This document shows positions 36,205-46,328 of a DNA stretch of 64,000 nucleotides, piece by piece. The notes under the pieces were generated by a model. The model was not told the DNA's origin, did no database searches, and was given only the letters and a program-made list of their open reading frames with translations. Numbering within the stretch: position 1 is the first letter of the stretch; each line of letters begins with the position of its first letter. The translations under genes and the position numbers were made by a program. Source of the DNA: Vulcanimicrobiota bacterium (GTDB taxonomy: Bacteria; Vulcanimicrobiota; Vulcanimicrobiia; Vulcanimicrobiales; Vulcanimicrobiaceae); NCBI GenBank assembly GCA_003135555.1, contig PLCF01000027.1, positions 41,943 to 105,942 on the forward strand, written 5' to 3'.

Positions 36205-37770
36205 CTACCGGATGAGGGCCATCACGGTCTGGAGATCTTCCGAGGCGGTCGTGATGCTCTTCGAGTTCGCCTGATATGCGCTCTGGGCAGAGATCATCTT
36301 GGTGAACTCGTCGGCGATCGAGACGTTGGACTGCTCGAGCACGCCGGCGGACATCTTGCCGAAGCGCCCGCTGCCCGCCGTGCCGACTAGCGCCAGCCCG
36401 GAGTTGGACGTCTCGGCGAAGTCCGACCCGCCGACCCGCTGCAGACCCTGCTCGTTCTGGAACGTCGCGACCGCGACGCGCCCGAGCGTCGTCGTTTGCC
36501 CGTTCGAGAACGCACCGCTGATCGTGCCGTCCTGACCCACGGTCAGGTTCGACAGGATCCCCGCCGCGAAGCCGTTCTGGGCCAGCACGGTGGCCGTGTC
36601 GGTCCCGGCCAGCGAGGTGTTGGTGTGGAAGTCCAGCCCGATCGGACCGGTCTGCGGCGCGGGTCCGCCCGCCGTCGGTGCGACCGATGCGTTGGAGCTG
36701 CCCGTGCCCCAGGACGTGATGTTGAGCTGGTTGCCGTTCCCGATCGACGCGGGCTGACCGGCGGTATGGACGTTCGCACCCGCGAGCGCCACGCCGGCGC
36801 CGCGCAGGTTCGAGGTGTTGACGTACTGACCGTTCTGGTCGAAGTATGCGAAGCCGACGACGCCGGCCGCCGCGGGTGCGGCGTTGGGCGCGCCGGTCGC
36901 CGGATTGAGGCCCGCGAACTGCGTGCCGTCGGCGAAGCTCACGCTGATCGACCAGCGCGAGGCCGGCGTATGCGCGACGCCGCTGGCATCGGCCACCGAC
37001 GTCGGGAGGCCGTTGTTGGCCACCGTCGCGCCCGTCGCGTCGGGCGTGTACGTGATCTGCGCGAGGTGCGAGGTGCCGAGCGAGTCGTAGATCGCCGTGG
37101 AGATCGTGAACGGCTGGCCGGTACCCGGCGTGCTCGGGACCGCCGAGACGCCTTGCGCCTCTTTGATCCACTGCTGCTGATCGACGTTGCCGCCCAGCGA
37201 CACGTCGAAGACCTGGTCTCCGGTCGCGCCGAACTTCTCGCTCGGGTTGAGGCCGGTTCCGACGGCCTGCGACTGCAGCCCCAGCGGAATGGTGATGTCG
37301 CCGGGCGTCCCGGTCTGGGTGATGTTGCCGGCCTTGTTGGCCATGTAGCCTTGGACGGCCATACCGCTAGAGCCGTCGTAGAGCAAGCCGTTGGAGTTGA
37401 GCGAGAAGTTGCCGTTGCGCGTGTAAAGCGGCTGGCCGTTCCCGTTGGGCGGGCGCACGATGAAGAACCCGTCGCCGTTCATGGCGAGGTTCGTGTTCAC
37501 GCCGGTCGATTGCAGGCCGCCCTGTGCGAAGCTCGTGTCGATCGAACCGATCTTCACGCCGAGCCCGGCATCCTGGCCGTTGACGCCGCCGCTGACTTGC
37601 GTCGGCGCGCTCGCAAAAGCCTGAGCCTGGTAGATGAGGTCTTGGAAGTTGACGTTCTGGCCCTTGAAACCAGTCGTCCCGACGTTGGCGATGTTGTTCG
37701 AGATGACGTCGATCTGGCTCTGATACGACTCCAGACCGGTGACGCCGATGAACAACGAATCGAAAGCCAT
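36205..37770 (-). CDS. flgE: Flagellar hook protein FlgE
   Basis: ISNNIANVGTTGFK, YTRNGNF, LEQSNV, QSAYQANSK. Confidence 0.95.
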   Translation of the reverse strand: MAFDSLFIGVTGLESYQSQIDVISNNIANVGTTGFKGQNVNFQDLIYQAQAFASAPTQVSGGVNGQDAGLGVKIGSIDTSFAQGGLQSTGVNTNLAMNGDGFFIVRPPNGNGQPLYTRNGNFSLNSNGLLYDGSSGMAVQGYMANKAGNITQTGTPGDITIPLGLQSQAVGTGLNPSEKFGATGDQVFDVSLGGNVDQQQWIKEAQGVSAVPSTPGTGQPFTISTAIYDSLGTSHLAQITYTPDATGATVANNGLPTSVADASGVAHTPASRWSISVSFADGTQFAGLNPATGAPNAAPAAAGVVGFAYFDQNGQYVNTSNLRGAGVALAGANVHTAGQPASIGNGNQLNITSWGTGSSNASVAPTAGGPAPQTGPIGLDFHTNTSLAGTDTATVLAQNGFAAGILSNLTVGQDGTISGAFSNGQTTTLGRVAVATFQNEQGLQRVGGSDFAETSNSGLALVGTAGSGRFGKMSAGVLEQSNVSIADEFTKMISAQSAYQANSKSITTASEDLQTVMALIR

Positions 37771-37912
37771 CTAGTTGACCTTTCGTGTTATCGAATCGCG
37801 AGGAGTCATTCGATCGTCCCCGCGCGAGAGCCCCACGACGTGGTCCGCTCTCTAGTGGTAATGGTGCCTAACGTCAGCCGTGCGAGACTGACAGAACAGG
37901 GAGTGTCGTTTC

Positions 37913-38016
37913 GGGGCGCCCTGGGGGAATGTCGCCGTGTTCCGTTTCGTGAGCGCCCCGATGTCGGGGGGGCCCCACGAAGTGGGGGGCGCGGAGGCAG
38001 GGCCGGAGCGCCGTTG
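37913..38016. repeat. About 105-bp structured intergenic repeat, copy 3 (inverted)
   Basis: Reverse complement reads AACGGCGCTCCG...GCGCCCCCCAC-TTC-GTGGGGCCCCC...GCGCTCACGA...TTCCCCCAGGGCGC. Confidence 0.75.
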
Positions 38017-38046
38017 AGCCGCGATCCTCGATTGATCGCGTTGCGA

Positions 38047-38442
38047 TCAATCGAGGATCGCGGCGGAATCGATATTCGTGAAGACGTTCTCTTTCATGCT
38101 GCTTTGGTCGACGGCGGTGATGACGGTGCGATTGCTGATCGACACCACCATCGCGACGTCGCGCATCATGAAGAGCGACTGCTTCGCGCCTTTCTGCGCC
38201 GCTTTGTCGGCCATCGCGTTCATTTTCGCGACGTCCTCCGCGGTCAGGCGAATGTTGCGCGACTCCAGGCGCTGCTGCGCGTGAGCCGAGAACTTGAGCG
38301 GTTGCGCCGGCGCTTGCGCCGTCCGCAGGACGTCGCGGAACGAACCCGCCCCAGTGGGTGGGATCGCAACCGGAACGCCGGGCGGTCGAACGGGGGCGAC
38401 GGCTGGGGTGATCTGCACCCCGGTGATCTTGGGGTCGGCCAT
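38047..38442 (-). CDS. TIGR02530-type flagellar operon protein
   Basis: LKFSAHAQQRLESRNI, NRTVITA, NVFTNIDSA; between flgD and flgE. Confidence 0.9.
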   Translation of the reverse strand: MADPKITGVQITPAVAPVRPPGVPVAIPPTGAGSFRDVLRTAQAPAQPLKFSAHAQQRLESRNIRLTAEDVAKMNAMADKAAQKGAKQSLFMMRDVAMVVSISNRTVITAVDQSSMKENVFTNIDSAAILD

Positions 38443-38444
38443 GG

Positions 38445-38957
38445 CTAAAGTTGCGGACCGCTGCCCGTGGTGCTCGCCGTGCCGATCGAAAGAATCGCTG
38501 AGGTAGGTAGCTGCAACGGCTGACCGTTGCCGTCGACGAGGAGGTTACCGCTCTTGTCGGCGAGGGTGAACTCGGGGACTCCGTTGACGATGGAGATCGT
38601 CTTGACGGTGCCGTTCACGGTGGTCACGTTACCGCTCGAATCGGTCGACTGCGCCGAGACCGTCTTGCCGAGAAGCCCGGCCGACTGCATCACGGAGAAG
38701 TTGGATTCGAACGACGTGAACGCGTTCTTGAGGTCCGTGATGGCTTGCACGCTGGAGAATTGCGCGAGCTGCGCGATCGACTGCGTGTCGTCCACCGGGT
38801 TGAGGGGGTTTTGGTTCTGCAGCTGCGTCGTGAGCAGCTTGAGAAAAGCATCCGCCCCCAACTGCGAAGCGAGCGACGCTGCTTGCGGCACCGTCGTTTG
38901 ATTCTGGGTTATCAGGCTGTCGATCGGGAGACCGGCAGCCGATGTGGCGCTGGACAT
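38445..38957 (-). CDS. flgD: Hook cap protein FlgD
   Basis: FLKLLTTQLQNQNPLNP, AQLAQFS. Confidence 0.94.
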   Translation of the reverse strand: MSSATSAAGLPIDSLITQNQTTVPQAASLASQLGADAFLKLLTTQLQNQNPLNPVDDTQSIAQLAQFSSVQAITDLKNAFTSFESNFSVMQSAGLLGKTVSAQSTDSSGNVTTVNGTVKTISIVNGVPEFTLADKSGNLLVDGNGQPLQLPTSAILSIGTASTTGSGPQL

Positions 38958-38972
38958 GTTGTTCAGCTTTCT

Positions 38973-40514
38973 TTATACGAGGTAGTTGAGCGCGCCCAGC
39001 GAGCGGGTCGCCGAATAGATCGGCGGGCCGAAGCTGGGCACCGCGAGCAGCGCCGGGTCTGCGGTCTCGTCGACATCGGTCGAGTGCAGCCCGCCGATGC
39101 GGCGCGTACTCGGCCGGTTCCACGAGCCGTTCGGGTTGGCGTGGTCACGGGTGTCCGCGAACGAGCCGGCGAGGCCGACGTTGAAGCTCGTAAGCTTCAA
39201 TCCGGCATCCGCGAGGCTTTTCGCGAGCTGGGTCTGTGCGCCGGCGAGCGCGTTCTGCGCGTCCGCCGTGTGCGCGGTGATCGACGCGTCGACCGAGCCC
39301 GCGGTGACGACCAGCTTTATGCTGACGTCGCCGAGTTGCTCGGGGACGAGCCGCAACCGCACTTCCGACTGACCGTCGGTGGTGCGGATCGCCATGCCGC
39401 GCAGCATCTGGTCGATCACCGCGTTCGCATCGACGTGCTGCGGTTGCGGCAGCGTCGGAGCGGGCGCGGGTGGGGCGGCCGAAAGCGCGTCGCCGGCGAT
39501 CGGAATCGCAAACGGCGCCGCGGGTTGCGCGGTGAGGCTGGCCGCAATCGGCGGCGCGACGGTCGTGACGAGCGGCACCGGCGACGTGTCGCCGTGACCT
39601 TTCGTCGCGCCGGAAGCGGCGTCGTTGCGCGCGAGCGCACCGGCGAACGCTTGGACGAAGGCGTCCACCAACGCGGCCGAAGCGGCGTTGCTCTGGCTCG
39701 AGTGCGCCGTGGCCGGCGCGCCGGCGAGAGCCTCGCCGTGCGAGTCGGTACCGGCGAGCGGCGCCGCCACCGAAGTGGGACGCGAATCGTCGGCTTGCAC
39801 CGCACGGGTGAGGATACGTCCGAGCAGCGTATCGGCGGCGGCCGCGACGGCCGGGGTCGACTGCGCCAGGACGACCGTACGTCCGTCGCCGGACGGTACG
39901 GGCGTGGTCGGATCGGCGAGGGGAGACGCGGGTGCCGCGAGCGCTGCGAGCGCGTCGCGCAGGATGCGGTCGGGGTCGGGGGCTGGAGTCGCTTTCGCCG
40001 CGTCGGCGTCCAAGCTGGTTCCTGCGATCGATCGGATCGGTTGCCCCAGGTCTCCGTTCGTCACCCCCGTCGCGAGCTCGGCGATCTGCCGAAACCGTGC
40101 TACGAGGGATGACGCCCTCTCGGCGTTAGTACCCGGTGGCCCGGCCCCGGAGGGCGCAAGCGCCTGGGTGAACGCTTGGGTCAAACGCTGTTGCGCCGCC
40201 TGCGGAGTGATGCCGAGTTGGCCTGCGACCGATGCCGCGAGCGAGCTCGCCAACTTCGCGATGACGTCGTTGAGCGACGTTCCCCGGTCGAGCTGGTCCG
40301 CGACCGTCCGCGCCAGCTCCGCATCGATGCGGTTGGACGGGGGCGTCACCGCGACGGCGCTCTTGATGCCGGAGAACAGTGATTGGATCGAGCCGTCGAG
40401 CTGCGTCTTGAACGGCGTACCGCCGTTGTTGACGTGCGAAATTGCGGCCGTTGCGCCGAGGCGCAGCGAGCCGGTCGTGGCCGATCCGGAAAAAAGGATC
40501 GTACTAGGGTTCAG
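38973..40514 (-). CDS. fliK: Hook-length control protein FliK (probable CTG start)
   Basis: C-terminal LRLVPEQLGDV..LAKSLADAGL. The frame is open 55 codons beyond GTG 40349 to a CTG preceded by AAAGGAGGTGA. Confidence 0.85.
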   Translation of the reverse strand: MNPSTILFSGSATTGSLRLGATAAISHVNNGGTPFKTQLDGSIQSLFSGIKSAVAVTPPSNRIDAELARTVADQLDRGTSLNDVIAKLASSLAASVAGQLGITPQAAQQRLTQAFTQALAPSGAGPPGTNAERASSLVARFRQIAELATGVTNGDLGQPIRSIAGTSLDADAAKATPAPDPDRILRDALAALAAPASPLADPTTPVPSGDGRTVVLAQSTPAVAAAADTLLGRILTRAVQADDSRPTSVAAPLAGTDSHGEALAGAPATAHSSQSNAASAALVDAFVQAFAGALARNDAASGATKGHGDTSPVPLVTTVAPPIAASLTAQPAAPFAIPIAGDALSAAPPAPAPTLPQPQHVDANAVIDQMLRGMAIRTTDGQSEVRLRLVPEQLGDVSIKLVVTAGSVDASITAHTADAQNALAGAQTQLAKSLADAGLKLTSFNVGLAGSFADTRDHANPNGSWNRPSTRRIGGLHSTDVDETADPALLAVPSFGPPIYSATRSLGALNYLV

Positions 40515-40538
40515 AATCTCACCTCCTTTCTCTACGGT

Positions 40539-40566
40539 CTATCGGCCCAACGGCAGCCCCACCTGA
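40539..40566 (-). promoter_or_regulatory. Sigma28-type promoter for fliK-flgD-flgE
   Basis: TCAG-N16-GCCGATAG. Confidence 0.6.
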
Positions 40567-40593
40567 GCCGGCGGCGGCGGCGGCAGCCGGCGC

Positions 40594-41712
40594 TCAGGTC
40601 AGCCCGGCGAGCTCCTCGCGCACGGCCGCCAGGCGTTGGGTTTCTTCTCGGAGACGCGCCGCGAGCTGTCCCGACCGGGCCGCGGAGACTGCCTGGGCCG
40701 CCTCGAGCCGGTCCCGTTCCGCTTCGAGCGAACGCGCGAGCCGGGCGTTGGCCTCGTGGAGACCGCCCGATTCGCGATCGCGGTCGACCGCGTCGTCGTG
40801 CTGCTCGATGATCTCGAGAAACGGTGCCAGCAGCTGCTGAAACGAGATCAGGTTCCCGAGCACGCCCTCGAGGTTGTGCCGCGCCTTGGGATCGGTGTCC
40901 CAGCGCCTGAGGTTCTCGTAGATGTAGCGGACCGTGGTATTGCCGACGACCGACGCGGTCTGGTCGTGGCGCAGCGCGACGTCGACCACGTCGGAGGCGA
41001 GCACGCTGAGGTCGATCTCCTCACGGTCCGAAGGGTGCCCGACGAAGTCGAGCAGCTTGCGCAGGTTCGGGAGAGCCTCGGGAAACCACGCTTCGTATTC
41101 GACGATGCAGACAGGGCGGTTTTTCGTGTAGCGCAGGAAGTCGAGCACGTGGATCAGCCAGCGGTACTCCCCCAGGGCCGGAGCAATCCCATCGCGCGCT
41201 TGGAGCGACCGCGCAACCTGGGCCGGATTTCGCAAGCACATGACGTAGCGCGGGCTCAGCGACAAGTCGCGGAAGATCTCGTGCCACATCGGCAGCAGCC
41301 GGACGGTGCGAGGGTCCTTGAACCCGACCAGCGCGTTCTCGGCGAGCTTGGCGCGCAAGAACTGCTTGAGGCGCTGCTTGACCGAACGCGTCGGCGGCTG
41401 CGCGCACCAATCGCTGGGGAGCGGCAGGTCGTGAGCGACGCTATACACGTCGCGGTTGAACGCTCCCAGGACCTCGTCCTGGAGCGCCATGATCTCCGCC
41501 CGCTCCCAGTGGCCCTTGGCATTGCTCTCTTTGACGTCGGGATCGTCCGCCATGTCGATCCCGAGCGCTTGCAAGAGGTGAGCGCAGAGCGAGCTCCCAC
41601 TGCGATGCGTGCCCAGAACGACGACGATCGTGCGCTCGTCGCTCGATTTGCGGGTAGGGCTGCGCCGCTCGTCAGCGGCGTGGAGGTGCCTCTGGTGCGA
41701 ACTCTCGAGCAT
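40594..41712 (-). CDS. Sulfotransferase-family P-loop protein with a C-terminal coiled coil
   Basis: VVVLGTHRSGSS, GHWE, GFKDPRT, LRNPAQVARSL. Confidence 0.75.
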   Translation of the reverse strand: MLESSHQRHLHAADERRSPTRKSSDERTIVVVLGTHRSGSSLCAHLLQALGIDMADDPDVKESNAKGHWERAEIMALQDEVLGAFNRDVYSVAHDLPLPSDWCAQPPTRSVKQRLKQFLRAKLAENALVGFKDPRTVRLLPMWHEIFRDLSLSPRYVMCLRNPAQVARSLQARDGIAPALGEYRWLIHVLDFLRYTKNRPVCIVEYEAWFPEALPNLRKLLDFVGHPSDREEIDLSVLASDVVDVALRHDQTASVVGNTTVRYIYENLRRWDTDPKARHNLEGVLGNLISFQQLLAPFLEIIEQHDDAVDRDRESGGLHEANARLARSLEAERDRLEAAQAVSAARSGQLAARLREETQRLAAVREELAGLT

Positions 41713-41820
41713 GTGGAAGTGGTGTCCCCTTGAAGCCGCCGGCCCCGGCGTGAATTGGTCCTAGTGTCCCCGAAATGGTCGAGCGGCGCAATTAAATTGT
41801 GATGAGCCTGCCCGAGGCGG

Positions 41821-42453
41821 TCAGTGCGTGCGGGCGGGTCGCTCCGCGAGGCCCGCGATGCCGCGGCTGATCCGGGCGGCCGATGCCGCCGGCAGGGCGT
41901 TCAAGATGGCCCCCGCGCTGTCGGCATCCATCTGCGCCAGCACGCGGCTGACCTGATCGTCGGGGAGATGCTCGACGACGGCTGCGGCTCGTTCGGGTTC
42001 CATCGCGGCCCAGGTCGCGGCAAGGCGGCGGGTCTCACCCGCGTCGGGCGCCGCGGCGGCGAAGGGCGCAGCCGAAACAGCGGTCGGCACCGGACGCGGC
42101 GATTCGATCGGCGCGGGCTGGTTCGCGAGCGCGGTGAGGTGCGCTTGGAGGGCCTGCGTGCGCGCTTCGGCGTCGGCCTTGGCGCGGCGCTCCTGATCGA
42201 GGCGCGCGTCGAGGTCGCGGATCTCGCGATTGCGGTCGGAGATCGTTTGCTGTTGCGCGGCGAACGTCAACGGACGGGCGAGGACCCCGCCGGCGCCGGC
42301 GCCGGCGTTCCAAACCGGTTTGAGGGGACCGCCGGCTATCATGCGCTGCGACGGTGGCCATCCCAACGCGAACCCTACCGCGGCGATCGCGAGCAGCGGA
42401 ACGATGATCCGCGCGGGTGAGGGCCGGCGTTGGCGGCGACGGGTCACGATCAC
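41821..42453 (-). CDS. MotE/YlxF (MgtE N-terminal-like) flagellar protein
   Basis: TM, coiled coil, WAAMEPERAAAV...AQMDADSAGAIL; follows fliJ. Confidence 0.8.
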   Translation of the reverse strand: MIVTRRRQRRPSPARIIVPLLAIAAVGFALGWPPSQRMIAGGPLKPVWNAGAGAGGVLARPLTFAAQQQTISDRNREIRDLDARLDQERRAKADAEARTQALQAHLTALANQPAPIESPRPVPTAVSAAPFAAAAPDAGETRRLAATWAAMEPERAAAVVEHLPDDQVSRVLAQMDADSAGAILNALPAASAARISRGIAGLAERPARTH

Positions 42454-42908
42454 GGCGTAAATCCTTCGAGGGTCGGCGCGCGGTCGAACAACCGCGCGTT
42501 CATGTCGTCGAGCTCGCGCTGCTCGGCCAACGCTGCTTCGAGCGCGAAGGCCTCGCGGCGGCGCTCCTTGAGCGTTTCGAGCACCTTGCGATCCCGGGCG
42601 GCTTCGACGAGCACGCGGCGCGCGCGCTCGGTCTCGGCGGCGCACGCCTCGGCGCGTTGTTGCGCGGCGACGATCGCCCGGTCCAGATAGTCGAGGTGCG
42701 TGTAGGTGGCGCGTAGCGTGTCGGCGTCGAACCGGGCGTGCTCGCGCACGACGCGGCCGCGCAGCTCGTCGCGCTGCTCCATGATCTCGTCGAGCATCCG
42801 CTGCGCGGTCACCTGGTCGGCCAGGGCGCGCGCGTGATCGGCGGCGCGCTCGCGCTCCACGCGCTCGCGATGCCCCAGGACTGGATCCAGCCGAAACCGG
42901 AAGCGCAT
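42450..42908 (-). CDS. fliJ: FliJ
   Basis: MRFRFRLDPVL, RKVLETLKE, EQRELDD. Confidence 0.9.
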   Translation of the reverse strand: MRFRFRLDPVLGHRERVERERAADHARALADQVTAQRMLDEIMEQRDELRGRVVREHARFDADTLRATYTHLDYLDRAIVAAQQRAEACAAETERARRVLVEAARDRKVLETLKERRREAFALEAALAEQRELDDMNARLFDRAPTLEGFTP

Positions 42909-42910
42909 GG

Positions 42911-44236
42911 TTAAGCGACGCCCATGACGGCGCTTTGCGCGTCGTCGAAGGTGGCGCGTTCGTAAATGCCCTGGCGCAGGAAGGCACGGACGGCGTCGAT
43001 GCGGGCGAGCGCGTGGTCCACCCGGGGATTCGAGCCCGCGACGTAGGCGCCGATATTGACGAGGTCTTCGGCTTCGCGATAGGTGGCGAGGATGTCGCGG
43101 ACCGTCGACGCGGCGGCCAGGTGCGGCGCGCTCACCACGTCGGGCATCACCCGGCTGACCGAGCCGAGGATGTCGACGGCCGGATAGTGGTTGGCCGCGG
43201 CGAGCTTGCGCGACAGGACGATGTGCCCGTCGAGGATCGAGCGGACCGCGTCGGCGACCGGCTCGTTCATGTCGTCGCCGTCGACGAGGACGGTATAGAG
43301 CGCCGTGATCGTTCCGTGCTCGGAGGTCCCGGCGCGCTCGAGCAGCTTGGGCAGCAGTGCGAAGACCGAGGGTGTGTAGCCGCGCGTGGTCGTCGGCTCG
43401 CCGATCGCCAAGCCGACCTCACGTTGCGCCATCGCGAAACGCGTGACGCTGTCCATCATCAACATCACGTCCAAGCCGGCGTCGCGAAAGTACTCGGCGA
43501 TCCGCGTGGCGACAAAGGCGGCTTTGATGCGCACCAGCGCCGGCTGGTCCGAGGTCGCGACGACGACGACCGAGCGGCGCAACCCGGCTTCGCCGAGATC
43601 GCGCTCCAGGAAGTCCCGCACTTCTTTGCCGCGCTCGCCGACGAGCGCGATGACGTTGACGTCGGCATCGGTGTTGCGCGCGATCATCCCCAGCACCGTC
43701 GATTTCCCGACGCCCGATCCGGCGAAGATCCCGGCGCGCTGACCTTTGCCGACGGTGAGCAAACCGTCGATCGCGCGCACGCCCACGCCCAGCGGCTGCG
43801 TGACGCGGCAGCGGTGCAAGGCGCTGGGCGGCGTACCGCTCACCTCGGCGCGCTTCGCGTCCACGATCGGGCCCAGCCCGTCGATCGGCCGGCCCAACCC
43901 GTCGAGCACGCGTCCCAGCAGCGCGTCGGCGAGCCCGATGCGCAACGGTTTGCCCAAGGCGACGACGTCGGATCCGGCGGCGATCCCACCCAGCTCGCCC
44001 AGCGGCATCAACAGCACCTTCGCATCGCGAAAGCCGACCGCTTCGGCCAGCACCGGTTTGGCGGTCCGACGGTAGGTGATCGCCGCGGTTTCACCGATCG
44101 CCATCGGCGGCCCGTTGGATTCGACGACGGTCCCGATCACTTGGCTGACCTTACCGTTGGTGCGGATCAAGTCGGCGTCGTTGAGCTCCGCCAGGCGGCG
44201 GTCCACGTTGAAGACTGCCTTCACTGCCGTGGTCAC
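42911..44236 (-). CDS. fliI: Flagellar export ATPase FliI
   Basis: GSGVGKST, GERGKEV, DSVTRFA, SILDGHI. Confidence 0.96.
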   Translation of the reverse strand: MTTAVKAVFNVDRRLAELNDADLIRTNGKVSQVIGTVVESNGPPMAIGETAAITYRRTAKPVLAEAVGFRDAKVLLMPLGELGGIAAGSDVVALGKPLRIGLADALLGRVLDGLGRPIDGLGPIVDAKRAEVSGTPPSALHRCRVTQPLGVGVRAIDGLLTVGKGQRAGIFAGSGVGKSTVLGMIARNTDADVNVIALVGERGKEVRDFLERDLGEAGLRRSVVVVATSDQPALVRIKAAFVATRIAEYFRDAGLDVMLMMDSVTRFAMAQREVGLAIGEPTTTRGYTPSVFALLPKLLERAGTSEHGTITALYTVLVDGDDMNEPVADAVRSILDGHIVLSRKLAAANHYPAVDILGSVSRVMPDVVSAPHLAAASTVRDILATYREAEDLVNIGAYVAGSNPRVDHALARIDAVRAFLRQGIYERATFDDAQSAVMGVA

Positions 44237-45123
44237 GACGCGCGCGCCGTCGTCAGGTCGCCCTTGAGGTTCACCTCGGTCGGGGCCGGCTCGACCACCA
44301 GGTCGTCCTCGATGTCGAGGATCTTGCGCGCTTCTTCGAGTTGGGTGCCGATCCGCGCGTCGATGGTGCCCGTTTCGCTGTCGACCACGACGCCGCCGCG
44401 GTCCACCCGCTTGTCTTCGATGACGCGCAGGTTGCGGATGTCGCCGATGGCGATGAGCTCGTCGCGATGTTCGCGTATCCGTTCGAGGTCGGCCGGGTTG
44501 ACGCGCACGGTGACCGTGTCGCGTTCGATCAAGCGCGCGACCGCGACCTTGGCCATCTCGAGGACCACGCCGCGATCGAGCGCGACTTGCTGGTGCAGCA
44601 CCCGTTCCGCGATCCCCAGCGCGAGACGAACCAGCTCGGGCTCGGCGTCGGCGATGAGCTTGTGACGCTCGGCCCGCGCCATCTCGAGCAGGCCGCGCAT
44701 CGTGACGAGCATGTCGTTCATCTCGTGGTCGGCAGCCTGACGCCCCTGCTCGAACCCGTCGTCGTGCCCGCGCTTGCGCGCGTCCTGCGCGATCGTGTCG
44801 GCGCGCGCTGCGGCGTCCTCGATCAGCGCCCGAGCCCGGTCGTGGGCATCGGTCAGCAGCATCTCGGCGTTGCGCGACGCATCGTCGAGCAGCGCCAGCG
44901 CTTGCGCGTGGATCGCATCGACGTCGACGGCGGGTTCGTCGAATCCATCGGCGAGCAACGGGGTGTCGAGGACGTCGTGTTCGGGCGCGGGGTCGAAATC
45001 ATACGACCCCGGCGACGCGACGGCGTCCGGGATCGTCGGTTCCACGGCGGGCGGCGCGATCTGGGGAACCTCGAGCGTGTAGCGCTCCTCCCGAAACCGC
45101 GCGCCCCGAATGACGCGCCCCAA
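44233..45123 (-). CDS. fliH: FliH
   Basis: AxxxGxxxGxxxG repeats, GGVVVDSETGTIDA. Confidence 0.9.
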   Translation of the reverse strand: MGRVIRGARFREERYTLEVPQIAPPAVEPTIPDAVASPGSYDFDPAPEHDVLDTPLLADGFDEPAVDVDAIHAQALALLDDASRNAEMLLTDAHDRARALIEDAAARADTIAQDARKRGHDDGFEQGRQAADHEMNDMLVTMRGLLEMARAERHKLIADAEPELVRLALGIAERVLHQQVALDRGVVLEMAKVAVARLIERDTVTVRVNPADLERIREHRDELIAIGDIRNLRVIEDKRVDRGGVVVDSETGTIDARIGTQLEEARKILDIEDDLVVEPAPTEVNLKGDLTTARAS

Positions 45124-45125
45124 TT

Positions 45126-45234
45126 TAACGGCGCTCCGCCCTTGGCTGCGCGCCCCCCACGCCTGCGGCGTGGGGCCCCCAGACCGTGGCGCGCATCCGG
45201 ATCGCGATAGTGCAGGCGTTCCCCGTGGGCGCGC
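45126..45234. repeat. About 110-bp structured intergenic repeat, copy 1
   Basis: TAACGGCGCTCCG...CCCCACGCC-TGC-GGCGTGGGGCCCCC...TTCCCCGTGGGCGCGC. Confidence 0.8.
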
Positions 45235-45249
45235 CTTGCATCATCATGG

Positions 45250-46326
45250 TCATACGATCCGGTCTTCTTTTCCGCCGCGGGCGATGACGATTTGACCGTT
45301 CTCTTCGAGCGTACGGATGACGTCGACGATGTTCTGCTGGGCCTTGCCCACCTCGCGCACGCGGACCGGACCGAGCACGTCGATGTCTTCGCGCAGCGTC
45401 GTGCCGGCGCGCGTCGACATGTTCTTGAAGATGCGCGCGAGCAGCTCGTCGTTGGCGGTCTTGAGGGCCAGGGCGAGGTCCTTGCCGTCGACCTCCTTGA
45501 GCACGCGCTGGATCGCTCGGTCGTCGAGGCTGATGATGTCCTCGAAGACGAACAGCAGGTTCTTGACCTCGTCGGCGACCGCGGGGTCGCGCTTGGCCAG
45601 ACCGTCGAGGATGTTGCGTTCGGTTTCGCGGTCGACGAAGCCCATGACCGACGCCAGCGACTGCACGCCGCCCGCTTTGGTGAAGTCGCTGCCGCTGACC
45701 AACAACCGGCGGCCCAGCAACTCGTCGAGCTGCTCGAGGATCTCGGGCGCCGTCTTTTGGAGGATCGCGATGCGCATCGCGACGTCGCCTTGCAACTCGG
45801 GCTCGAGCTGCGACAGCACGCCGCCGGCCTGGTCGGGGGACATGTAGACCAGGATCAGCGCGATCGTCTGGGGATGCTCTTCTTTGATGAACTCGAGCAG
45901 CTGCGCGGGCTCGGTCTTTTTCACCAGCTCGAGCGGGTTGCCGTGCTTGAGCGCTGCGAAGAGCCGGTTGGTCATGTCGTCGGCCTGACCGGCGCCGAAC
46001 GACCGCTCGAGGATCTCCTTGGCGTACTCGATCCCGCCCTCGTTGATGTACTTGAGGGCGATCGCGCGCTGGTAGGCTTCTTGGATGACCGCGTCGCGGC
46101 GCTCGATCGAGACCGTCGAGATTTTCGCGATCTCGAGCACGACGCGCTCGACTTCGTCTTGACGCAAAAACTTGAAGATCGTCGCCGAGAGCTCGAGCCC
46201 GATCGTGATCATCAAGATCGCAGCCTTCTCGGGCCCCGTCATGCCGGGAACCGTCGGCGGCGCATAGGTCTCCAAGTAAGAATCCCTCTCGTCACCCAGC
46301 GTCAAGATAGGTTTGTCGTGGATCAT
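45250..46326 (-). CDS. fliG: FliG
   Basis: KAAILMITIG, EHPQTIALIL, LFVFEDI, NMSTRA. Confidence 0.96.
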   Translation of the reverse strand: MIHDKPILTLGDERDSYLETYAPPTVPGMTGPEKAAILMITIGLELSATIFKFLRQDEVERVVLEIAKISTVSIERRDAVIQEAYQRAIALKYINEGGIEYAKEILERSFGAGQADDMTNRLFAALKHGNPLELVKKTEPAQLLEFIKEEHPQTIALILVYMSPDQAGGVLSQLEPELQGDVAMRIAILQKTAPEILEQLDELLGRRLLVSGSDFTKAGGVQSLASVMGFVDRETERNILDGLAKRDPAVADEVKNLLFVFEDIISLDDRAIQRVLKEVDGKDLALALKTANDELLARIFKNMSTRAGTTLREDIDVLGPVRVREVGKAQQNIVDVIRTLEENGQIVIARGGKEDRIV

Positions 46327-46328
46327 TC

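Noticed and set aside
37788..37815. Sigma28 promoter directly upstream of flgE
   Set aside because: TTCGATAA is a weak -10 with no matching -35 at 16 nt
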